Assembly: GCA_040217195.1 (NCBI GenBank)
Contig: JAVJNR010000002.1
Coordinates: 192,001 to 256,000 of the forward strand
Length of the DNA stretch: 64,000 nucleotides
DNA from: Leptospiraceae bacterium
Lineage (GTDB): Bacteria > Spirochaetota > Leptospiria > Leptospirales > Leptonemataceae
Reading direction: 5' to 3'
Below the pieces are notes generated by a model. It was not told the origin of the DNA. It saw nothing but the letters and a program-made list of their open reading frames with translations, and ran no database searches. The number at the start of each line of letters is the position of its first letter. Position 1 is the stretch's first letter. The translations under genes were made by a program, and so were the position numbers. Of this stretch, positions 51,619 through 61,545 are shown one piece after another.

Positions 51619-52566
51619 CTATGTGCGACTTGATGCCCCGTTTCCGAGAGTTCGAACATTGGTTTTCTCAAAGGAATAAACCATCATATCGCCCTGGTTG
51701 ATAGTTTTTACCGTGGCATCCGCTATTTTTTTGGCCATTCGATACATGGATCCCATCCCTTTATAGGAAGTGAAGCCGGAGCCATAGGTGACTTTTCCGT
51801 TGGATTTCAATCCGTAGCGGGAGGCCATTTTCTCCAGTGTAGAAGGCGAGAAATAGAATAGATGCTCCGGAACGTTTAGAAATCTCCATCTGGGTCCCAG
51901 AATTCTGGAAAGCAAACCCCAGCGGCAGGTAGAAAGGATGAGCCGGCCCCCGGGACGGAGCATACTGCTGATCTTTCGGAGCGCTTCGGCAGGGCTTCTC
52001 AGGTGCTCAATGGAAGCCCAGAGGGTAATAAGCTCATAGGGTTGCGACGGCTGAAACTGCAAAAAATCCTGGATGTGAATTTTCAGTCCCATTTTTTCAA
52101 TGCCAGCTTTCGCAGCACTTTCGCTCAACTCAATGCCCTCTGATTGCCAGCCCCGGCGATTTAGATAATCCACAAAAAAGCCGGCGGCACAGCCCACATC
52201 CAGAGCAACTTTACTGGTGCCAGGGGAATTCTCGAATTCAAAGAAACCCACATCCCTGAGATTCATGTTCCACACAATTTCCAGCTGCTTTCGCATATTT
52301 TCTGAAAAGTAGTCATTGTAACCGCGGTCCGTGCGATTCTCAAAATAATGAGCACCGTAGCATTGCTCCAGCTCTTCATCGTTTGGTCTGGGTAGAGTCT
52401 GCACCAGGCCGCATCCTTTGCATTTATGGATTTCGAAGCGCTTCCCACTGGCGGACGGTTTAGAAAATAGGAAACGAAAATCATCTATTGAGCACAAATC
52501 ACAGAGCTCTGAGTCCGGTCTTTCCAGCTGTTGTTTTTGAATTGCCTGCACGATTGATATATTCAT
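51619..52566 (-). CDS. Class I SAM-dependent methyltransferase with N-terminal zinc ribbon
   Basis: CDLC..CKGCG, LDVGCAAG, IEH, LRPGG, PEHL; ATG 52566 preferred. Confidence 0.88.
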   Translation of the reverse strand: MNISIVQAIQKQQLERPDSELCDLCSIDDFRFLFSKPSASGKRFEIHKCKGCGLVQTLPRPNDEELEQCYGAHYFENRTDRGYNDYFSENMRKQLEIVWNMNLRDVGFFEFENSPGTSKVALDVGCAAGFFVDYLNRRGWQSEGIELSESAAKAGIEKMGLKIHIQDFLQFQPSQPYELITLWASIEHLRSPAEALRKISSMLRPGGRLILSTCRWGLLSRILGPRWRFLNVPEHLFYFSPSTLEKMASRYGLKSNGKVTYGSGFTSYKGMGSMYRMAKKIADATVKTINQGDMMVYSFEKTNVRTLGNGASSRT

Positions 52567-52578
52567 CGTCACCACAGA

Positions 52579-53217
52579 ATGGACCGAAAGGACTTTTTCA
52601 GTCGGGGGATAAAGGATCTGACGCGGAAGGCTTATCGGACTCCTCCCGGTCAATGGCTGGACAAAAACTTGCAGGCCATGTCCAATTTGCTCAGTCCTGC
52701 CTGGGGCTTTGGGATCTCCGAAGAGAAAAGCTCTGCCCCGGAACCGCAACCATTCTCCCGCAATCGAGGATTGCCCCGACCTCCCGGAGCACTGCCGGAT
52801 CCTGCAGAATTCAATAAGGCATGTACTGCCTGCGGTGACTGTATTGTAGCATGCCCTTACGGAGCTATTTTTACAATTCCGGACGTATACGGTCCGGTAC
52901 TGGATCCCAACCATCTAGCATGCCATCTATGTGAGGACTACCCTTGCATTGAGGCCTGCCCCGATTCTGCTTTGCTACCACTGGAGGAAGGTTCCCTTCC
53001 TGGATTTGGACTGGCCGAGCTACACCAGGATGCCTGCCTGAATGAGCATCGTAAGAAGGGTCAAAAGAAGTGCAAAGAATGCTATGAACAATGCCCGGTG
53101 GAGAATGCGATAATCTACGATACCAGGGGCTTACCAGATATTCAGGAGCAATGTACAGGATGCGGTCTTTGTGTTGAGCATTGTCCCACCGGTGCACTGA
53201 AAGTAACCTGGGGCTAA
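52579..53217 (+). CDS. NapF/MauM-like 4Fe-4S polyferredoxin
   Basis: MDRKDFF, RPPGA, CTACGDC...CP, CTGCGLC...CP. Confidence 0.9.
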   Translation: MDRKDFFSRGIKDLTRKAYRTPPGQWLDKNLQAMSNLLSPAWGFGISEEKSSAPEPQPFSRNRGLPRPPGALPDPAEFNKACTACGDCIVACPYGAIFTIPDVYGPVLDPNHLACHLCEDYPCIEACPDSALLPLEEGSLPGFGLAELHQDACLNEHRKKGQKKCKECYEQCPVENAIIYDTRGLPDIQEQCTGCGLCVEHCPTGALKVTWG

Positions 53218-53299
53218 TTCCAATCCTGCTTTGCAGTGGCTTCCTTTCTATAAGGGACATTGAGCTTGACAGTTCAGAGGCTTGGACTCACGTTATAGC

Positions 53300-54061
53300 G
53301 TGGCTAAAGTCAAAAAAGGCGGACTATTTTTCTCTCTATTCGTTTGGGTATCCGTTGTTCTAATTACCTTGTTTTACGGAATCCTGGTGATGCCCTTTGT
53401 TTTGTTTCGCGCATCTCACATCATTCACTGGTTTGCAACCATGTGGGGGCGGACTCTGTTAAAGCTTTCCTTTTCTAGAGTTACTGTAACCGGAAAGGAA
53501 AAGATTTATCGAGAAGGTCCGGTAATCTTTCTTAGTAACCATCAAAGCATGTTTGATATTGGAGTGTTCTACCACTTCCTGGATGTTGCAGTTCAGTTTC
53601 GCTGGATGGCCAAAGCTTCTTTGTTCAAGATTCCCATTATGGGCTGGGCCATGAAAGCTGGTGGATACATTCCGGTTGAAAGAGGAGATCGCAGAAAGGC
53701 ATTGCAGTCCATGTTTGATGCAGCGGATCAGATACGGCAGGGGAAGAGTGTGATCATTTTTCCAGAAGGAACGAGAGGTACTCCGGAAGGCAAGTTGCTT
53801 CAATTCAAGAAAGGTGGATTCATTCTGGCCAAGAAAGCTAATGTAACTCTGCAGCCTGTTACCATCTGGGGCGCGCATGAGATCATGCCTCCGCAAAGAG
53901 ACAAGAAGTTGCAGCGTTTAAATCGAGGCCATATCCAGGTCACGGTGCATGATCCGATTCCACCCGAGCGGTATGCGAACCTCAGTCCTGATCAGTTATC
54001 GAATCTAATTCGAGAGAAGATCGAAGAATCAACCAATGTGGACGATCCGGCCGGGGATTAA
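53300..54061 (+). CDS. plsC: 1-acyl-sn-glycerol-3-phosphate acyltransferase
   Basis: NHQSMFD, FPEGTR, FKKG; GTG 53300 preferred. Confidence 0.92.
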   Translation: MAKVKKGGLFFSLFVWVSVVLITLFYGILVMPFVLFRASHIIHWFATMWGRTLLKLSFSRVTVTGKEKIYREGPVIFLSNHQSMFDIGVFYHFLDVAVQFRWMAKASLFKIPIMGWAMKAGGYIPVERGDRRKALQSMFDAADQIRQGKSVIIFPEGTRGTPEGKLLQFKKGGFILAKKANVTLQPVTIWGAHEIMPPQRDKKLQRLNRGHIQVTVHDPIPPERYANLSPDQLSNLIREKIEESTNVDDPAGD

Positions 54062-54064
54062 ACA

Positions 54065-57000
54065 ATGCCAGAGAGCCGAGTCAGAGGCATACTATTTCTG
54101 TTCTGTCTGGCCCTTACTACTCAAATTGCCTGCAAGCCTGCAGCTGAGCCTGCCAGGGTTGACTTCGGCTCTTCGCCGATCTATGTAGAACCCGGATTCA
54201 GGGACTCCCTTCTTACAAATTTCGCCCCGACAGACCGGGGCAGAATCTATGCCTCCTTTCCCATTGCTCCTCTGGATCATTTTCCGGTGGAACATCCAGG
54301 AAAGCTCATTGAGTTTACTTTTTTTATTCCATTTACTCTGTCGGATGCTGAACGTGAGCGTCTGGTATCACCTGCAATTTTCTTTCCAGGTCTAGGGGAA
54401 AACTATGTGATCTATATGAATGGTGAGGAGATCGCCAGCGAGCTTCATATACAGGGAGGTGAAATTCAAAAAAGAAGAACGGAACTCTCTTTGTCTGTGC
54501 CCATCAAGCGAGAACTTCTCCAGGCTGGAGATAACCTTCTGGTCATTCGTTTACTGGGACATTCGCCGCCCGGTGGTGATGCAGCGCCTGTTCCAGGAAT
54601 GTTCTACGATGGCGGTTATTTTCTGGGCGAACAATGGGATGTGCGAAATAGCGGCACAGATACGTTTAATCTGATTCTGGTTTCTCTCTATTTAGCTTTT
54701 GGTATTTACTATCTACTGGTATTTTTTCGCCGGCCCAGGGAGCTTTACGGGCTCTACTTTTTCTTATTTACATTGGGCACATTCGGCTTCTATTTCTTTC
54801 GCACTCGCATCGCCTATGACCTAATTGATGATACTGAGAATCTGACCCGATGGGAAAACGCATCCATATTCCTGCTTCCGGGAGTGTTAATGCTTTTTCT
54901 GATTACATATCTGAGATACCGGGAAAAGATTCCTGTATGGGGTTGGATAGTCGGTGGAGTGAATGCTCTGTTTTCATTGCTTGCACTAACTGTGCCGTTT
55001 TCCCTGGTTTCCTTTCTCGTGGAGATCTGGAGGTTGCTTCAGATTCCTCTCATGGTATGGCTTCCCATTTTCCACGTCCTCAGCATACGCAGAAAGGACC
55101 GGGATGCAGGCCGATTCATGGCCGCCCTGGTTCTGCTTCTGTCAGCGGCGGTGTTTGATTTAATAAATAGTATTTATCATCTAATTTCCATGGAGCCCAC
55201 CTTTCGATGGGGCTTTTTTGGTTATGCACTGCTGCTGGTCACCATTATGGGCAATCGATTCCTGGTCTCTCTTAGAGAGTCCGAGCAATTGAATGAAAAG
55301 CTGGAAGCGGCTCGAGTGGAACTGGAAGAAGCAGCGCGCATGCGCGATACCTTTGTGGCTGCGGCTTCCCATGAAATCAGAACTCCGGTACATGGAATCC
55401 TGGGAATTTCAAGAATCCTTCTGATGGAAAATCAGCCGGGAGGTGAGGGTCTCAGCCCATCCCTGAGGCATTCTCTGGAGCTAATACGTGAAAGCGCAGT
55501 ACGTCTCAGTCGTCTTGTGGACGATTTTGTAGACCATAGCCGCTTAAAAGAAGGCCAGCTGAAGATCAATCGCAGCGCAGTCAGATTACATCCTGTGGTG
55601 GAGTACTGCATTGCATCCGTAGGAAATCAGCTGAATCAGCCCCTGGAATTAATAAACTCCGTAGAAGAAGAAATCCCTCCTCTGTATGCTGATGAATTGC
55701 GACTCCAGCAAATACTCATCAATTTGCTAAGCAATGCCATTAAGTTTACCCGGGAAGGAACCGTGCGTGTTAGTGCCACGTTGAATAAGGGTACCGTTGA
55801 GATTGCAGTTTCAGATACAGGCATTGGCATTCCGGCCGACAAACTGGAAGAAGTATTCAAGCCCTTTAACCAGGCCAATGCGGCCATCGCTCGGACCTAC
55901 GGGGGTACCGGACTGGGACTCTACATTGTGCGAAGACTTGTTGAACTCCATGAAGGGACTCTTGACCTGGAAAGTCGCCCCGGTCGGGGCTCTCGTTTTA
56001 GCTTCAGGCTACCATTGTATGATTTTGCCGGAAGGCCGATGGTGGAGCAGAGCGCTCCAAGCGGTCGAGCGTTGAAGCAATTTCGATTACTGGAGGAAGT
56101 CACCAGGGAGAGTGCATCCACATTTAAGAAAGAGGAAAAGCGCCCGGCTGTGGTGATCGTGGATGATGAGAGAATCAATGCTGCAGTCTTAAGAGGAATT
56201 CTGGAACCGGCTGGCTTTGATATCATAATGTTTAGAAATGCCCGGGACGCTATCTATTATTTTCAGACTGGTGGCCGCGTGGATCTTGCCATTCTTGATT
56301 TGATGCTGGGTGGCATGTCAGGCCTGGATCTATGTCTCTGGATTCGAGAATCCTATTCATCCGTGGATTTGCCTGTACTCATTCTGACCGCCCATGGGGA
56401 CAATGATCGAATGGTAGAGGGTTTTGCAGCTGGTGCCAACGATTATCTGGAGAAGCCCGTGGATCCGGTGGAGCTTCTGGCGCGCGTTCGTACACTTGTG
56501 GATCTGCGATTTTCAACCAGAGAGAAAACCGAATTACTTAGCTACCGCCAGGAATTACAGATCGCCCGAAAAATCCACATGGAACTTCTGCCTTCGGAAC
56601 TACCCGTGCTGGACCAGCTATGCACAAAAGTACGTTATCTTCCACGGGGTGATCTGGGTGGCGATTATTATGATGTTCAGCTCGTGGATAGCGGGGCCGT
56701 AGCCATTCTTGCAGATGTTACCGGTCATGGAATTGCTGCTGCACTGGGAGCTGCCATGATTCGGGTGGCTTTCTTACTGCAGAGAGAACACTGGCAGAGA
56801 CCGGACCAGGTTCTGTATGGAGTGAATCGAATACTTCTGGATGTAGGCAGCTCTCAACTGGTAACCGCTGTATGTGCTTTTGTAGATCTAAGTACCAATA
56901 CGCTTCACCTGGCCAGAGCCGGACATCTACCGGCTGCATTGCTTAGGGCGGATGGAAGTCTGGAAGTGCTCTTTCCCAGAGGCCGAGTCATGGGCTGGCT

Positions 57001-57298
57001 TAGAGATCTAAACCTGGCACCATTGGAGTACCCTTTTCAGCCAGGGGATCGACTTGTTCTATTTACCGATGGAGTGACGGAACTCAGGAATTCTGGCGGC
57101 GAATTTCTGGGTGAAGAGCGGATCCTGGAATTCCTGGAGAAGAATGGTAATCTGACCTCCGATGAGCTTTCCGATTCATTGATGGATTTTGTTCATTCCT
57201 GGCATTCGGAGCCAGAAGACGATATTGCAGTGTTAGTTCTGGAGCATGTACAAGCGAAAGTGCAGTTGGAGGTAATCAGTTCTACGGAGAATCAGTGA
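54065..57298 (+). CDS. Hybrid sensor: extracytoplasmic domain, 7TM (DISM-like), histidine kinase, receiver, SpoIIE/PP2C phosphatase
   Basis: SHEIRTP, NLLSNAIKFT, DTGIG, GGTGLGL; VDD..LDLML..KP; GGDYY, ADVTGHG, FTDG, DDIA. Confidence 0.92.
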   Translation: MPESRVRGILFLFCLALTTQIACKPAAEPARVDFGSSPIYVEPGFRDSLLTNFAPTDRGRIYASFPIAPLDHFPVEHPGKLIEFTFFIPFTLSDAERERLVSPAIFFPGLGENYVIYMNGEEIASELHIQGGEIQKRRTELSLSVPIKRELLQAGDNLLVIRLLGHSPPGGDAAPVPGMFYDGGYFLGEQWDVRNSGTDTFNLILVSLYLAFGIYYLLVFFRRPRELYGLYFFLFTLGTFGFYFFRTRIAYDLIDDTENLTRWENASIFLLPGVLMLFLITYLRYREKIPVWGWIVGGVNALFSLLALTVPFSLVSFLVEIWRLLQIPLMVWLPIFHVLSIRRKDRDAGRFMAALVLLLSAAVFDLINSIYHLISMEPTFRWGFFGYALLLVTIMGNRFLVSLRESEQLNEKLEAARVELEEAARMRDTFVAAASHEIRTPVHGILGISRILLMENQPGGEGLSPSLRHSLELIRESAVRLSRLVDDFVDHSRLKEGQLKINRSAVRLHPVVEYCIASVGNQLNQPLELINSVEEEIPPLYADELRLQQILINLLSNAIKFTREGTVRVSATLNKGTVEIAVSDTGIGIPADKLEEVFKPFNQANAAIARTYGGTGLGLYIVRRLVELHEGTLDLESRPGRGSRFSFRLPLYDFAGRPMVEQSAPSGRALKQFRLLEEVTRESASTFKKEEKRPAVVIVDDERINAAVLRGILEPAGFDIIMFRNARDAIYYFQTGGRVDLAILDLMLGGMSGLDLCLWIRESYSSVDLPVLILTAHGDNDRMVEGFAAGANDYLEKPVDPVELLARVRTLVDLRFSTREKTELLSYRQELQIARKIHMELLPSELPVLDQLCTKVRYLPRGDLGGDYYDVQLVDSGAVAILADVTGHGIAAALGAAMIRVAFLLQREHWQRPDQVLYGVNRILLDVGSSQLVTAVCAFVDLSTNTLHLARAGHLPAALLRADGSLEVLFPRGRVMGWLRDLNLAPLEYPFQPGDRLVLFTDGVTELRNSGGEFLGEERILEFLEKNGNLTSDELSDSLMDFVHSWHSEPEDDIAVLVLEHVQAKVQLEVISSTENQ

Positions 57299-57329
57299 TA
57301 GCTCAGGTTCCCCGGGAACGATAAAAGAA

Positions 57330-57866
57330 CTATCGATTCTTTCTTTGTTCCTCCCATTCCTTCCATAGAGACGGCAATCTACGTTCAAACCATTCATAAA
57401 ACTCTAAAAGCTCCTGCACCATCCTTCTACTATTGGACTCTGGTTCAGTGAAATTGATACCATCTCGAACAATCAGCTTAAAATCCTGAATCATCTCCAG
57501 CCTTTTAGAAAACATGGAATTCAGTGCATCATATTTTACTCTGAAATAGTCCTGCCTTTCGCCACGTTTGCCGGTTTTTTCTATGATTCCGCGCTCCATC
57601 AAGAACCGAGTCATAGTAGAAACAGAACCCCGGGAAGCATGGAGAAGATCTAGAATTTCCGATGTAGATACCACTTCTCTGGTATCTGTTAGTAGCAAAC
57701 CAAAGATTCTGCCTGCCATTCTTGGAAGCCCACTTCTTTCAAAGAAGATTCCCATTCGCTCCAGATAATCCAGCCTGGCCTCTGTCAATTCCAGGCGACG
57801 GCCTTTCTTAGCAGAGATCCCGTTCTCTTCATCTGTTGTTCTGCCTGTTTTCTTTTTTCGCGTCAT
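57330..57866 (-). CDS. GbsR/MarR-family transcriptional regulator
   Basis: GLPRMAGRIFGLL, SRGSVS, GERQDYF. Confidence 0.88.
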   Translation of the reverse strand: MTRKKKTGRTTDEENGISAKKGRRLELTEARLDYLERMGIFFERSGLPRMAGRIFGLLLTDTREVVSTSEILDLLHASRGSVSTMTRFLMERGIIEKTGKRGERQDYFRVKYDALNSMFSKRLEMIQDFKLIVRDGINFTEPESNSRRMVQELLEFYEWFERRLPSLWKEWEEQRKNR

Positions 57867-57881
57867 TTTGATCCTGGCAAA

Positions 57882-59372
57882 CTAGAAGTGCCATCGCATA
57901 TAAATAAAGGCCTGAGGTGGCGCGCCCTGGAATTCAGACTCTTGTGGATGATCGCCTGTCTGATAGAGACGTGCTCCTGCGACGATTAGAATTTCATTGC
58001 TTGCATTGAAAGAAAACTGAGGACCGTAGAGAACGCTGCCGCCTTCCGGATCCCAGATAGCAAATACATCGCCTGTAATTAGTTCGGTGATATTGTAGCC
58101 CAGGGAGGCCTGCACCAGGTAAGGATTCCTGGTGAGAATACGGCCTCTTGTGCGAAAGAAGCTTTCGTCACGGAGTTCTGGCTCACTCTGATTCGATGCC
58201 ACTTCCAGTTCCTGGCCTTGCTGCTCTGGAATATAAGGGTCCTCTCCATAGGGACGGGAATTGTAAAACACTTCGAAATTGGTCCGTAGCTCTCCCCAGA
58301 AGGCGTAGCTGGCCCCCAGAACGAATTGATGCGTATCGTTCTGAGCTAGATAGTCTGTATGAAATTCTTCATCTTCCTGGCGTCCCAGGTAAGCGAAGCG
58401 AAAGCCGGCATCCCAGACTGTTAGATTGAGCTCCGTTCCCCAGACATAGCTTCTGTGCTGCCTGCCCGCCAGAAATACCAGATCCAGATTTCCGTAGGTG
58501 CCCTTGAACCGTCCTATGGCCGTGGCATCCTCCGAGCGAAGGCGGCCAAGATCTCGTTCATCCTCTCTGGTGTAGGGAACCACAACCAGTTGCAGCGAAT
58601 CATATGAATTGAAGAAGTAGCTAGTATTAATTGCATCTGCACCGGGTACATCCTCCAGATCCTGGATCAATGGGCCCACAGGTGTAATCAGATCCATGGG
58701 ATTCAGTAGGCGGCCTTCTCCCCAGGAAATGGCCTGACGACCAACAGTGATGTGAAAGTCAGCACTCTTGTAAGCCGCATTAAGGCGATGGATGTCCCCA
58801 CGAATGACGTAGTCTCCGTGGTCCTGTATGGTTTCCATGGATAGCATTCGGTTACGAATCTCTGAAACAAAAAGAGGCTTAAATGCAGGGGAGTTGGGAT
58901 GGTTGGTGAATAGGAAATCTCCGTTTCCGCTCAATTCCGCCTGAATGGGGCCGCTTGAGTATTCCAGTTTCAATCTAAGGCGACTTTCTGAGATGACGTC
59001 CGTGTACTTTTTGTCAATGGGATAATATGGCTTCAGTCCCTGAATACCCTGGCGAAAGAAGCCTCCAAAGTGGTAGGGACTGTCAAATTCGCTCAGGTCA
59101 AAATCTGAATATTCGGATTCGCTACCGGAAGGTTCGTTGGATTTTTCTTCTGAATCCTGCTCGAGCGATGCCGGATTCTGACTGGACTGCTCAGATGTGA
59201 ACTCCGATTCCTCCGGCGGTGTCTGCGCCTCAACAGGCAGTGGGCCAGCAATACATAGAAAGCCAAGAACAAACAGAATAGTAATAGAATTGGCCCCGGA
59301 TTTACATTCAATCCTTCGCCAGGTACTTGCGGCAATACCTGCCTTTAGATTCCATTCTGGTGAAGCTTGCAT
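57882..59372 (-). CDS. Probable outer-membrane beta-barrel protein of the ABC operon
   Basis: GRQAISWG..NPMD..PGADA motif, C-terminal aromatic strand (YMRWHF); start uncertain. Confidence 0.75.
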   Translation of the reverse strand: MQASPEWNLKAGIAASTWRRIECKSGANSITILFVLGFLCIAGPLPVEAQTPPEESEFTSEQSSQNPASLEQDSEEKSNEPSGSESEYSDFDLSEFDSPYHFGGFFRQGIQGLKPYYPIDKKYTDVISESRLRLKLEYSSGPIQAELSGNGDFLFTNHPNSPAFKPLFVSEIRNRMLSMETIQDHGDYVIRGDIHRLNAAYKSADFHITVGRQAISWGEGRLLNPMDLITPVGPLIQDLEDVPGADAINTSYFFNSYDSLQLVVVPYTREDERDLGRLRSEDATAIGRFKGTYGNLDLVFLAGRQHRSYVWGTELNLTVWDAGFRFAYLGRQEDEEFHTDYLAQNDTHQFVLGASYAFWGELRTNFEVFYNSRPYGEDPYIPEQQGQELEVASNQSEPELRDESFFRTRGRILTRNPYLVQASLGYNITELITGDVFAIWDPEGGSVLYGPQFSFNASNEILIVAGARLYQTGDHPQESEFQGAPPQAFIYMRWHF

Positions 59373-59435
59373 TTGCCTCTCTCTGCTTAACTGCGAAGGC
59401 CAGGATACCGTGAGTCCTGAAGTCTGTCCGAGAGT

Positions 59436-60137
59436 TCAGGATTTAGTTTCATCTTTTTCGATTTTGCCGTCCCGCAGATGAATCAGGCGTCGGGCACTTT
59501 TGATGACTCGTTCATCGTGGGTACTGAATAGAAAGGTTGTGCCGGTTTCCTTACACATCTGAAGCATTAGTTCTATTAATTTCTCTGCATTGTGCGTATC
59601 CAGATTGGCAGTAGGCTCATCTGCCAGAACAACTTCCGGTTCTCCAATGAGAGCTCGTGCCACAGCAACCCTTTGCTGCTGACCACCGGAAAGCTGATCT
59701 GGAAAGCGATCCATAAGATCCTGCATATCCATACGGTCCGCCAGCTTTAGAATTCTGTCTTTTCGCTGCTTTGCATCCACACCTTGAAGTAGAAGGATGT
59801 ATTCCACATTCTCAAAAGCAGTGAGTACCGGAACCAGATTGTAAGCCTGGAAAACGAATCCAATATTCTGAAGACGAAAATCACTCAGGGCATTGCCGGA
59901 CAGAGCTGTGATATCCTGACCTTCAATGTTCACAACACCGCTGGTTGGTTTATCCAGGGCACCCATACAATTGAGCAGAGTACTCTTTCCTGAACCAGAA
60001 GGGCCCACCAGAGCTCCAAACTCACCTCGACCAAATGTAAGGTTTACGTCCGAAAGAGCATGGACCAGGGTTTCGCCCTGAATGTAGTCTCTGCTAAGGC
60101 CATCCACTTCTATGTAGTTTGTAGAAATTGCATTCAT
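59436..60137 (-). CDS. ABC transporter ATP-binding protein (LolD/MacB type)
   Basis: GPSGSGKS, GFVFQ, LSGGQQQRVA, ADEPTANLD. Confidence 0.96.
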   Translation of the reverse strand: MNAISTNYIEVDGLSRDYIQGETLVHALSDVNLTFGRGEFGALVGPSGSGKSTLLNCMGALDKPTSGVVNIEGQDITALSGNALSDFRLQNIGFVFQAYNLVPVLTAFENVEYILLLQGVDAKQRKDRILKLADRMDMQDLMDRFPDQLSGGQQQRVAVARALIGEPEVVLADEPTANLDTHNAEKLIELMLQMCKETGTTFLFSTHDERVIKSARRLIHLRDGKIEKDETKS

Positions 60138-60237
60138 TGGGTTTCCTCTTTATTCCCTGGCCGGCGCATCTGTGGTGCGGCGAACTCGATCTGACGGAAT
60201 ACCAGGCGGCCATAGTGACTGAAAGAATCGAAACAAT

Positions 60238-61545
60238 TCAATGTCGTCCTCCAATGGCTTCCACTGGCTGGATAGATGTTGCTTTGAAAGCTGGATAAAT
60301 GGAAGCCACTATACTCATTCCAATGGCTACATAGAATCCAAGGGAAATATCATCTGCCGTGATTCGTGGATATACAACTGTGCTCATGGAGCCTATCATT
60401 TCTACGCCACCTGCGAAACTTCCCAGCGGTATCCCTGAATAGGCAAGAGCGAGCACAAGTCCGCCTCCCAGCAGCAGCCCGGTGATTGCACCTGCCATAG
60501 CAAGCATTACCGACTCTACGATGATGGAGGCCACTATGAAGCTCTTTCGCGTACCTATGGCCATCTGGATTCCAATTTCTCTTGTGCGTTCAAAGACGCT
60601 CATCAGCACTGAATTAAGGAGCGTAAGCGCAAAGCCAGACATCAGTACTCCATAGATGATTCCTTTAATGTCTTCTATATAATTAAGCATGGTCTCGATC
60701 TGAGGTTGCAGCTGGAAAAAGGAAAGAACCTCGAACTTCATTTCTTCTTCGGTGCCGGAAGCCGGTAGAAGTGAATCCTCCAGGTACCGGTCCAGGGCAG
60801 ATGATTTATGAAGATCGCTACTCAGAAAGGTTATGTTACTGATCTGACTGGACTCCTTCTCGTAGAGATTACTTAGAGCGCTTCGGTGAACCAGAACTGT
60901 GTGTCGATCAATGCCGGTCATAGGGGATTCGAAAATGCCAACGATTCTGGCCCGGACAGATACAGATTGCGAGTCATGGTTACCCATGGTGAGGATGACG
61001 TAGTCGCCCAGTTCCAGTTCCATTCGCCGGGCATTAACTCTTCCAAGTAGGCAGGGAATAATACCGGTGGCGTCCAGCTCCAGATCTTGCGATAAATAGG
61101 CGCCTTCAACGATCCAATCATCAAAGGAGCTAACATGTTTTTCTCGCAGCGGATCCACACCGGTAATGACAACCCCTTCCTGGTAAGAGCCGATCCTTAG
61201 CAGGCCCTCCCGTTCAAATCGAGGAGCCAGATGTGCTGGTTGCAGCTCGGCGGGAATGTCCAGTTGATCCAATCGCTCAAGCAGGACGGATCCGTTTTCC
61301 AGTGTTCGGTTAATCTTACGTTCACTTTCAAATCCAGAAGGGCGAATCTGTACATGGCCCAGACCGGACTGCACTCCGCCACGAATCATGGAATCGACCA
61401 TGCCGTTGGAAAAACCCATGCTGAATAATACGCCAGTCATTCCCACGGTTGCCGTACTGATCACAAGGAGCGATCTTCTGCGGTGTCTTAATGCACTTCG
61501 CCAGGCGAAGATAATCAAAAAACTCAAGCGGTCCAGTAGTCTCAT
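60238..61545 (-). CDS. ABC transporter permease (FtsX/LolE type)
   Basis: AWRS..RRS, GHVQI, SVFERTREIG, YPA..PVEA. Confidence 0.93.
   Translation of the reverse strand: MRLLDRLSFLIIFAWRSALRHRRRSLLVISTATVGMTGVLFSMGFSNGMVDSMIRGGVQSGLGHVQIRPSGFESERKINRTLENGSVLLERLDQLDIPAELQPAHLAPRFEREGLLRIGSYQEGVVITGVDPLREKHVSSFDDWIVEGAYLSQDLELDATGIIPCLLGRVNARRMELELGDYVILTMGNHDSQSVSVRARIVGIFESPMTGIDRHTVLVHRSALSNLYEKESSQISNITFLSSDLHKSSALDRYLEDSLLPASGTEEEMKFEVLSFFQLQPQIETMLNYIEDIKGIIYGVLMSGFALTLLNSVLMSVFERTREIGIQMAIGTRKSFIVASIIVESVMLAMAGAITGLLLGGGLVLALAYSGIPLGSFAGGVEMIGSMSTVVYPRITADDISLGFYVAIGMSIVASIYPAFKATSIQPVEAIGGRH

Noticed and set aside
51619..52914. 431-aa version of the methyltransferase (and similar long starts at 18227, 18048, 30729, 37669, 50946)
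   Set aside because: The extensions overlap well-supported neighbouring genes; downstream starts fit better
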